Assembly (NCBI GenBank): GCA_963770895.1
Contig: CAVYRF010000001.1
Location: 1,216,001-1,280,000, forward strand
Reading direction: 5' to 3'
From: an uncultured Acidobacteriota bacterium
GTDB taxonomy: Bacteria; Acidobacteriota; Thermoanaerobaculia; Multivoradales; UBA5704
DNA length: 64,000 bases
In this document: piece by piece, positions 56,249 to 64,000 of the stretch
Position numbering within the stretch: the first letter of the stretch is position 1
How the letters are laid out: every line of letters starts with the position of its first letter
Made by a program: the position numbers and the translations under genes
Notes under the pieces: generated by a model
Told to the model about the DNA's origin: nothing
Database searches by the model: none
Seen by the model: only the letters and a program-made list of their open reading frames with translations

Positions 56249-57490
56249 TTGGCGGTCGAACAGGTCGAACAGGCAGTGGGAGGCGCGGAGGGATCGCTGC
56301 TGCGCCAGCGTTCGTTCGTGCTGTTCTGGATCACCCGGATCTTCACCGGGACGGCGTACCAGGTGGTGGCCGTGGCGGTGGGGTGGCAGGTGTATGCGCT
56401 GACGCACAGCGTGTTCGCGCTGGGGATGGTGGGGCTGGCGGCGTTCCTGCCGCAGCTTCTGCTGACGCTGCCGGCGGGGCACGTGGCGGACCGCTTTGAC
56501 CGGCGGGTGGTGGCGCGGACGTGCCAGGCGGCGGAGGGGGTGACGACGGCGCTGCTGGCGGCGGGGAGCTGGGGCGGCTGGCTGCGGCCGTGGGGGATCT
56601 TTGCGGCGGTGGCGGTGATCGGGGCGGCGCGGGCGTTCGAGGGGCCGGCGATGGCTTCGCTGCTGCCGGGGGTGGTGCCGATGGAGATGCTCGAACGCGC
56701 GACGGCGGCGTCGGCTTCGGCGTTCCAGAGCGCGGCGATCGTCGGGCCGGCGCTGGGGGGGCTGCTGTACGCGATCGGACCGGCGGCGCCGTGCGCGACG
56801 TCGGCCTGCCTGTCGTTGCTGGCATGCGCCTGCGCGTCGTCGATCCGCAACGAGCGGACGGTGCGGCGGCGGGAGCCGCTGCGCTCGTCGATCTTTGGCG
56901 GCATCTCCTATATCCGCAGCCGGCCGGTGATCCTGGGAGCGATCTCGCTGGATCTGTTTGCGGTGTTGCTGGGCGGGGCGACGGCGCTGCTGCCGGTGTA
57001 TGCGCGCGACATCCTGCACACCGGGCCCTGGGGGCTGGGGATGCTGCGGTCGGCGCCGGCGGTCGGGGCGTTGTGCATGTCGCTGGCCCTGGCGCGCTAT
57101 CCACTGCGGCACCGGGCGGGGCTCAAGATGTTCGGCGCGGTGATCGTGTTCGGGCTGGCGACGATGGTGTTTGCGGTTTCGCGGTCGATGAGCCTGTCGC
57201 TGGTGGCGCTATGGGTGCTGGGGGCTTCGGACCTGGTGAGCGTGGTGATCCGCATGTCGCTGGTGCAGCTGGCGACGCCCGACGCGATGCGCGGCCGGGT
57301 GAGCGCGGTCAACTCGATCTTCATCGGCACCTCGAACCAGCTCGGGGAGTTCGAATCGGGGCTGACCGCGGCCTGGTTCGGGACGGTGCCGGCGGTGATC
57401 CTGGGCGCCGTGGGGACGATCGTGGTGGCGTGCCTGTGGGCGGGCCTGTTCCCGCAGCTGCGGCAGATCGACAGTCTGCGCGACCTTTAG
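56249..57490 (+). CDS. MFS transporter
   Basis: GHVADRFDRR motif A, about 12 TM helices, PDAMRGRV; TTG start after RBS ggagga. Confidence 0.93.
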   Translation: MAVEQVEQAVGGAEGSLLRQRSFVLFWITRIFTGTAYQVVAVAVGWQVYALTHSVFALGMVGLAAFLPQLLLTLPAGHVADRFDRRVVARTCQAAEGVTTALLAAGSWGGWLRPWGIFAAVAVIGAARAFEGPAMASLLPGVVPMEMLERATAASASAFQSAAIVGPALGGLLYAIGPAAPCATSACLSLLACACASSIRNERTVRRREPLRSSIFGGISYIRSRPVILGAISLDLFAVLLGGATALLPVYARDILHTGPWGLGMLRSAPAVGALCMSLALARYPLRHRAGLKMFGAVIVFGLATMVFAVSRSMSLSLVALWVLGASDLVSVVIRMSLVQLATPDAMRGRVSAVNSIFIGTSNQLGEFESGLTAAWFGTVPAVILGAVGTIVVACLWAGLFPQLRQIDSLRDL

Positions 57491-57579
57491 TGACCGAGCC
57501 CCGGCGGTCGGCACCGGATCGGAATCGCGGTCGGTGCTAGTATTCGCAAATGCCTTGCACTGCGAAAGGAGCTCATACG

Positions 57580-57924
57580 ATGAGGACCCGCCTCCTGATG
57601 CTCGCACTGGTTTCAACCCTCATGGCCAGCTCGCAAGTGCTGGCAGTGGGAGCTGCCCCGGCGGTTCCGGCACCTGCCCTGAAGGGGTCTCGGACCTGTG
57701 CCATGGCGGCTCCACTTCTTGCCCCGGTGGCAGTGCCGGATTTCGGGCCAACCATCCTGCTCAGCGGTGGCTTTTGCGGATCGTGCGGCTCACCCCTTTG
57801 CACGGACCTTGTGGTCGGCGCCATCTGCACAAGGAACGGCAACGCTGGCGTCTGCACGCTGGGGGCCGGCGAGTGCGCCGACGGGGGCTTCAGGTGTGCC
57901 TGTAACACCGGTGGCCCCGATTAG
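57580..57924 (+). CDS. Small secreted Cys-rich protein (8-Cys C-terminal domain)
   Basis: RBS aaaggag; signal peptide; C-x2-C-x4-C-x8-C-x8-C-x6-C-x6-CxC. Confidence 0.78.
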   Translation: MRTRLLMLALVSTLMASSQVLAVGAAPAVPAPALKGSRTCAMAAPLLAPVAVPDFGPTILLSGGFCGSCGSPLCTDLVVGAICTRNGNAGVCTLGAGECADGGFRCACNTGGPD

Positions 57925-57993
57925 CCGCTGACCGATAGCGTCCCCTTCCGGGGTGCCGTGCCGGCTCTGGCGGCTCTTCTATAATGCCGCCCC

Positions 57994-58749
57994 ATGACCC
58001 TGACGATTGCGACCTGGAACGTGAACGGCCTGCGGGCGCGCGCCACGCAGTTCCTGGAATGGCTGGGGCGCGACCAGCCGCAGGTGGTGTGCCTGCAGGA
58101 GATCAAGAGCAAGCCCGAGCAGCTGCCGGACGAAGTGCGCGAAGCGCCGGGCTACTGGTGGTACTGGCACGGCGCGGGCGGCTATTCCGGGGTGGCTCTG
58201 GGGGTACGCAAGGACGTCGCCGGCAACTGCCCGGTCTTTGCCCACCCGGCGTTCGACCTCGAAACGCGCATCGTCACCGCCGAGGTGTGCGGACTCACCG
58301 TGGCGTCGATTTACGTGCCCAACGGCGGCAAGGATTACGCGGTCAAGCTGGCGTTCCTGGAGGCGCTGGGCGGCTGGGCGGCGGAGCGGCGCGCCGCCGG
58401 CAGCCGCCTGGCGCTGTGCGGCGACATGAACGTGGCGCGCACCGATCGCGACGTGCATCCGAAGGAGCGCAAGCTCAACCAGATCGGCACGCGCCCGGAT
58501 GAGCGGGCGCTGTTCGAGGCGGTGATCGGCGCCGACCTGGTGGACGTGGGGCGGACGCTCGACCCCGACAATGACAACCTTTTCACCTATTGGGCGCCGT
58601 GGCGCAATTTGCGCCAGCGCAATATCGGTTGGCGCATCGACTACATCCTGGCCACCACCGCGGCCGCCCAGCACGCGCCCTGGTGCAAGGTGCTGCCGGA
58701 CGTCGGCACCAGCGATCACGCGCCGGTGATCGCCCAGCTCGCCGGCTGA
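57994..58749 (+). CDS. xth: Exodeoxyribonuclease III
   Basis: TWNVNGLRAR, LQEIK, YSGVA, YVPNG, GDMNVA, GWRIDY, SDHAPV. Confidence 0.96.
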   Translation: MTLTIATWNVNGLRARATQFLEWLGRDQPQVVCLQEIKSKPEQLPDEVREAPGYWWYWHGAGGYSGVALGVRKDVAGNCPVFAHPAFDLETRIVTAEVCGLTVASIYVPNGGKDYAVKLAFLEALGGWAAERRAAGSRLALCGDMNVARTDRDVHPKERKLNQIGTRPDERALFEAVIGADLVDVGRTLDPDNDNLFTYWAPWRNLRQRNIGWRIDYILATTAAAQHAPWCKVLPDVGTSDHAPVIAQLAG

Positions 58750-58800
58750 GCTGAGCGGCCGGCCGGCACGCCGCCGCGTGTCGCGCTCTCCTGCTGACGG

Positions 58801-60828
58801 CTAGCGCAACAGCGCGGTCAGCACGCTCTCCGCTTGATCGTGCAGATCGGGCGGCGCCCCGTACAGCACGCGGGCGGTCTTGCCGTTGCGATCGAACAGG
58901 AACATGGTCGGCACCGCCGTGATGTGGCCGAAGGAGCGCGCCGTCGTCGCGTCGGCGATGGCCCAGCGCAGGCTGGGGTCGTACTTGGCGACGGTCGATC
59001 GCACCTGGGCCGGCGGCGACTCGACGGCCAGCGCCAGCACGGCGACCTTGTCGCCGTAGCGGTGCTGGAGCTTGCCGAGCCAATCGAGCGTGGTGCGGCA
59101 CGGAATGCACCACGAAGCCCAGAACTCCACCAGGACCACGCGGCCGGAGACCTGCTGGCGGGTGAGCGGCTTGCCGGCAAGGTCGGTGAGCGAGAAGTCG
59201 GGCAGGCGGTCGATGCGATCGCCGTCACCGTTGGCGCCGCCGGCGCCGTTCGCCGCGGTGGCACCCTTGGCGCCGGCGCCGGCGCCGCCGTTGCCGGCGC
59301 TCGCTCCTTCGCGCCGCACCTGGTCCTGGTTGCCGGACAGAACCAGGTCGACCATGTGCGTCAGGTCGTCCTTGAAGCGCGCCTGGCTGTCGGGGTTCAA
59401 CCACGGCGCGTAGCGGCCGGGAGTGTCGCCCTCGCCGAAGAAGCCGAAGTCGCGCGGCGTCGCGATCAGGATGTCGTCGACGAAGACCGCCGGGTAGCGG
59501 TCGACGCCGAAGCGCTCGGCGAGCTTGGAGGCGCCGAAGTTCTCGTTGGCGAACTTGACCTTGCCCGGATACTTGTCGACGACCTGCTGGATGATCAGGC
59601 TGGCGGGGTCGGACAGGTTGCAGGTGTAGGGCCAGCGCACCAAGGTCACGGTGATGGTGTTGGCGGCCATCTGCACCGGCGGCGGCGGCGGCGCTGCGAT
59701 GACCACAAACCAGGCGGGCACCACCCGGTCCACCAGCAGCGCCACCTGCGCCCAGTCCTTGGACGACGGCGACTCCGCCATCAGCGCCTCCGCGTGCTCC
59801 AGAAACAGCTCGGGCAGCGAGCCGTCCTGGTGAGTGGCGGCCAGCCGACCGCGCAGGGCGGCGATTCTGGCCGGCATCTGCCCGCGCTCGCCGCCGCCGG
59901 GCGACGGCGGATCGAGAGTGCCGAAGTCCTGCACCGCATTGAAATACCGGTAGAGCGCTCCGGCGTACATGCCGGCGTCGTCCAGGTCGTCCGCCGCCTT
60001 GAGCGTCGCGTTGAGCGTGATGAACGCGCCGTGGAGCTGCTGCGGCCGTGGCGGTTTGTAGGACGTATCGGTCTGTTCCTGCAGCCGGCGCAGCTCGGGC
60101 CGCACCGAGTGCAGGGCGAGCGGCGCGTCGATGACGGCGGCGCCGTGGTCCGCGAGCGGCGCCGGCGGCGCGGCATCGCGGAACGAGTAGCACAGCTCGG
60201 AGAACTCGGCGGCGGCGCCGGCCTGGCCCAGGTAGATGTAGGCTTCCGCCGGCTGCGTCGCGCCGGCGTAGGCGCGGCTCGCGGCGAGCAGCTCCATGGT
60301 CGTCCCCTGCGCCGCCTCGGCCATGGCGCGCAGCGCCAGCGGGGCGCCGCCCCAGCGCCGTTCGCGCGACCGCTTGTCGGCCGCCTCGATATCGGCGCCG
60401 ATCCGGTGCCACGCCGCGTCGAAGCCCGCCATGCCGCCGCCGCTGTTGCCGGCGATCGCCGCCGCCGCCTTGGCCAGCTCGATCGAACGCAGCTTGGCGC
60501 GCGCCACCTGCAGCCGTTCGAGCGCCAGGTAGACGCGGCGCTCCTTGAGCGTCTGGCCCACCTGGTGGAGGCCGCTCGCGACTTCGGGCCGCGCGGTCTT
60601 CCAATCGGGATCGGGGAGCGGCTTGCCGTCCACCACCTTTTGCAGCCGCTCCACCTCGGCGGCGATCCGCGCCTCCAGATCCTGGCTGGCCGCCGCGGGC
60701 AAAGCGGTCGGTGCGATCAGGACAGCGGCCGCCAGGGCCAGGCCTACCGCCAGGGGCAGGGCTGCCACAGGCGGCAGCAGGCGCCGGCCGCGCGGCAGTT
60801 TTTGCGTTGTCGTCGGGTCGGTCGTCAT
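58801..60828 (-). CDS. Exported protein: helical N-domain, CxxS thioredoxin-fold domain and TlpA-like CxxC domain
   Basis: VRWPYTCNLS..RFGVDRYPAVFV; FSLTDLAGK..LVEFWASWCIPC..AVPTMFLFDRNG. Confidence 0.85.
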   Translation of the reverse strand: MTTDPTTTQKLPRGRRLLPPVAALPLAVGLALAAAVLIAPTALPAAASQDLEARIAAEVERLQKVVDGKPLPDPDWKTARPEVASGLHQVGQTLKERRVYLALERLQVARAKLRSIELAKAAAAIAGNSGGGMAGFDAAWHRIGADIEAADKRSRERRWGGAPLALRAMAEAAQGTTMELLAASRAYAGATQPAEAYIYLGQAGAAAEFSELCYSFRDAAPPAPLADHGAAVIDAPLALHSVRPELRRLQEQTDTSYKPPRPQQLHGAFITLNATLKAADDLDDAGMYAGALYRYFNAVQDFGTLDPPSPGGGERGQMPARIAALRGRLAATHQDGSLPELFLEHAEALMAESPSSKDWAQVALLVDRVVPAWFVVIAAPPPPPVQMAANTITVTLVRWPYTCNLSDPASLIIQQVVDKYPGKVKFANENFGASKLAERFGVDRYPAVFVDDILIATPRDFGFFGEGDTPGRYAPWLNPDSQARFKDDLTHMVDLVLSGNQDQVRREGASAGNGGAGAGAKGATAANGAGGANGDGDRIDRLPDFSLTDLAGKPLTRQQVSGRVVLVEFWASWCIPCRTTLDWLGKLQHRYGDKVAVLALAVESPPAQVRSTVAKYDPSLRWAIADATTARSFGHITAVPTMFLFDRNGKTARVLYGAPPDLHDQAESVLTALLR

Positions 60829-60940
60829 CGCAGGTCTTCCCTCGCGCAAGTAAGGTGCCGCTACCGGTAAGCAAGAGGACAGGGGCGCCGCCGGGTGCCG
60901 CATGCCACCAGGCGCTCGTGCCCCGTCTCTGAGACGGCCA

Positions 60941-62494
60941 CTAAGGCACCAGCTCGAAGCTCATGCCGGCTGCCCCGGTCAGGCCCGCTCCCGCCGCCGA
61001 GCCCAGGGGCGGCAAGTCTACCGCCGCACCCGGCCAGTCGCCGTCGCCGCCGGTTTCTGCGGCGCCGCCGGAACCGTCGCCCGCACCTGTGCCCCCGCCG
61101 GCTCCCAGCTGGAAGGTCTGAATCGCGATGCAGGCGTCCCAGGCGCGCTCGCCGGCGGCGACGGCGTCGTCTTCGAGCTGGGCCAGGGTGCGCTGTGCCA
61201 GCAGCACCTGCGGATAGGACGCCATCATTTGCCGATATTGTGCCAGGTACTGATCGTAGGCCGAGCGCGCCCGCGCCAGCAGCTCCTGGCGATAGGCGGC
61301 GGCGCGCAGCGATGCCTGGCGGTAGCGCCCGAACTGGCTGGCAAAGCGCGCGTCGAGCGTCAGGCGGGTGCTTTCCAGGTCGAGGCGCGCCTTGGCCAGA
61401 TCCGCCTCGGCGGCGGCGATCCCCCCCTGGTTGCGGTTCCACAGCGGCAGGCGCAGGCCGATGTCGGCAAAGGCCTCGGTGCCGATCTCGGGCCCTCCCG
61501 GCCCGACCGGCGTGCGGTCGTGCCGCAGGCCGCCCTCGACCGCCAGGTCGGGCAGCCGCTCGGCGCGCGCCCGCCCGAGCGCCGCCTCCGCCAGGGCGAT
61601 GCGCCCGGCGGCGGCGCGCAGCTCGGGGCTCTGCTCGAACAGACGCCGGTGCCACTCGTCGCGATCGAGCGCCGGCGGCCCGGAGGCAAGGTCGCCGGCG
61701 AGCTCGCCCGGCGCCAGGTCGGGATCGGCGACCACGGCGCGCAGCGACGCCCACAGCTCCTCGGCGTCGACCCGCGCCGCCGCCAGCGACGCCTCCAGCA
61801 TGGTGGCCTCGTTCTCGCTGGCCAGGCGGTCCGGCGCGTCCGCCACGCCGGTGTTGAACAGCTGGCCGGTCACCGCGACGCTGTCGCGCGCCAGGGCGAC
61901 CAGGCGTTGCCGCACCTCGACCCGCCGCTGCGCCGCGAGGGTGCGATAGAACAGGCGCCGCACGTCGCCCAGCAGCCGCAGGCGCCGTGCCTCCACCGCC
62001 AGCTTCGCCTGGTCCAGCGCCCGGGCGCGCACCCGCTGATCGGCGCCCAGCTTGCCCAGCGGCACGTCCTGGGCGACAAAGAAGCCGTTCTTGCCGCCCT
62101 GGCGGTTGGCGTCGAGCGGCAGGTCCTCGCCGCTGTAGCCGACGATCGGGTTCGGCCACAGGCCGGCCTGCTTCCGCCGCGCCTCGGCGGCGCGCACCGC
62201 CGCGTCGGCGGCGGCCAGCGCCGGGTTGTGCTCCAGGGCGCGGCGCTCGATGTCGTCGAGGGTGATGCCGCCTGCCTGGGGCGGGACCTGGGGCTGGCCG
62301 TCCACGCCCAGCGCCTGAACCTGGCCCGCGGCCGCATGGTCGTGGTGCGGCGGCGGCATCGGCGGGTCCTGCAACGCCAGGCAGGCGGGGGCTGCCGCGG
62401 CGAACCAGGCCGCCGCGGCGGCGCCGGCGATCCAGCGCCGGGTTGCCGCCCGGCGCACTCGTGCCCAGCGGGCTCGTGCCGTCGCGCGGCTCAT
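60941..62494 (-). CDS. TolC/CzcC-family outer membrane efflux protein
   Basis: ITLDDI...ALEHNP.L, QAGLWPNP, LRLPLWNRNQG.I; His-rich N-terminus. Confidence 0.92.
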   Translation of the reverse strand: MSRATARARWARVRRAATRRWIAGAAAAAWFAAAAPACLALQDPPMPPPHHDHAAAGQVQALGVDGQPQVPPQAGGITLDDIERRALEHNPALAAADAAVRAAEARRKQAGLWPNPIVGYSGEDLPLDANRQGGKNGFFVAQDVPLGKLGADQRVRARALDQAKLAVEARRLRLLGDVRRLFYRTLAAQRRVEVRQRLVALARDSVAVTGQLFNTGVADAPDRLASENEATMLEASLAAARVDAEELWASLRAVVADPDLAPGELAGDLASGPPALDRDEWHRRLFEQSPELRAAAGRIALAEAALGRARAERLPDLAVEGGLRHDRTPVGPGGPEIGTEAFADIGLRLPLWNRNQGGIAAAEADLAKARLDLESTRLTLDARFASQFGRYRQASLRAAAYRQELLARARSAYDQYLAQYRQMMASYPQVLLAQRTLAQLEDDAVAAGERAWDACIAIQTFQLGAGGGTGAGDGSGGAAETGGDGDWPGAAVDLPPLGSAAGAGLTGAAGMSFELVP

Positions 62495-64000
62495 CGCCCA
62501 CCCCCGTTCCGATGCGACTCGGACCCGGCGTCGGCGGCCGCCGGCCGGGAGCCCTGCTGCGCCGCGAAGTTGTCCCGCGACGGGGAGCTCTCCCCCCGCA
62601 GAGAACCCGCGGCAGTTCTGGGGTTCTCCGCCGCCCGGCGCCTGAGCTCCTGGATGGTGTCGAAGGCGTCCGGTTTGAGCACCCTGACCAGGGTCATCAT
62701 GCCCATCATGCCGCCGCTCCAGGTCGGGCGCAGCCCCCAGGTTTCAGGGCGGTCCTTGAACAGGTCGTCCATGACCATGAACATGTCCTGCGGGTAGCCG
62801 GGGACCTGACGCGCGCCCGCGGCGACCGGCGCCGCGCCGGCGCCGTCGATGGCGCCGCTGATGCCGGCGGCGGCGGCTGGCGATTGCCGCGGTGGCTCCG
62901 ACATGGGCCCCACCATCGACACCATGCCGTTCATCATGTGGTGGGGCAGGTGGCAGTGGAGCATCCAGTCGCCGGGGTTGCTGGCCACGAACTCCATGTC
63001 GCGCGCCTGTGCCACGCCGACCAGCTCGGTGTTGCCCGGCCGCCATTGCGCCTGCGGCACACGGCCGCCCTCGGTGCCGGTGACCACCCAGGTGACGCCG
63101 TGCAGGTGCATCGGATGGTGGTCCATCCCCAGGTTGACCAGGCGGATGCGCACCCGCTCGCCCTGCCTGCAGATCGCCGGCGTCGTCGCCGGCGCCGACC
63201 GGCCGTTCATGGTGAGCCAGTTGAATTCCATCGCCATGCTGTTGGGCGTCGCGTTGCTGGGCAGCGCGGCGAACTCCTGCAGGATCCAGGCAAAGTCGCG
63301 ATCCACGCGCGGCTGGTGCGGCACCCTGGGATGGACGATGAACAGACCGATCATCCCCATCATCTGCTGCATCGGCCGGTGGGAGTGATAAAAGAACGTG
63401 CCGTTCTGATGCAGGGTGAATTCGTAGGCGAACTGGCCCTGCGGCGGGATGAAGTCCTGCACGATCCCCTCGAACGCCGTCCATCTGGATCGGCACTTCC
63501 AGGCCGTGCCAGTGCATGTTGGTCGCTTCGGGCAGGCGGTTTTCGACCACGATGCGCACCCGGTCGCCTTCCCTGGCCTCGATCGTGGGGCCGGGCGTCG
63601 AGCCGTTGTAGCCCCAGGTGTTGGCCTCCCGCCAGGGGACGAAGCGCGACTTGACCACCTCGGCGCGCAGGCGGAACACCTTGACGCCGCCCTCCATCGT
63701 CCACGGCAGCTTCGCCACGTCCGGGGCCTCGACCGGCAAAAACGGCTGCTGCCGGCCGTGCGCGCCCGCCGGCGTGGCGGCCGCCGCGGGGTGGCCGGCT
63801 GGCTCCGCCCGAGGCGGCGAGGCGGGCGTCGGGTTTGCCGCCGCCCCGGCCGGCATTCCAGGCATGCCGGGCATCCCGGTCATGCCGCTGCCCGGCGCCG
63901 TCGCTCCAGGTGCGCCGCCCGCCCCTTGCATACCGGGCATTCCTTGCATCCCTTGCATGTCGTGTTCCGACGGCGGCGCGGCCGCCGCCACAGCATGCCT
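62491..64000 (-). CDS. Two-domain multicopper oxidase (5' end outside the window; 1-nt frameshift near 63475)
   Basis: [38 protein letters not shown]; Met-rich linker. Removing one T joins MDGV-EGIVQD. Confidence 0.92.

Overview
High-GC bacterial chromosome segment, probably from an Acidobacteriota member (inferred from the acidobacterial-type PadR/ADOP remnants and a 'KLxLxRETL'-leader peptide). The left flank (1-24.6 kb) holds hydrolases, two M28 peptidases, three toxin-antitoxin pairs, an ArsR-SRPBCC-DUF899 operon, RtcB and two GT2 genes. The right flank (52-64 kb) holds an AAA-ATPase/TPR operon, an MFS transporter, xth, a double-thioredoxin protein and a TolC/multicopper oxidase pair. Between them lies an accessory island of about 27 kb (24.66-51.78 kb) that abuts the 3' end of tRNA-Gly(TCC). 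The island carries decayed mobility genes (tyrosine-integrase C-terminus, relaxase/MobC, RepA-like AAA helicase, RadC), an intact IS701-family element, an IS3 remnant, a fourth TA pair and two divergent, apparently intact candidate conflict operons. Operon 1 is vWA - membrane PP2C - membrane Ser/Thr kinase - dynamin-like GTPase, a TerY-P-like triad plus dynamin. Operon 2 is CHAT caspase-like protease - MotA/ZorA-like - MotB/ZorB-like - helical protein - SPFH/Band-7-like - STAND-like NTPase - 2-TM coiled-coil protein. Operon 2 is the best candidate for an undescribed system: a Zorya-like stator with none of the known Zorya partner genes, linked instead to NLR/caspase-like parts. Also notable are two secreted 8-Cys miniproteins 55 kb apart with matching Cys spacing, and an orphan lanthipeptide-like precursor. 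All family calls come from motifs read by eye; no database searches were run. Some single-base frameshifts may be sequencing errors.
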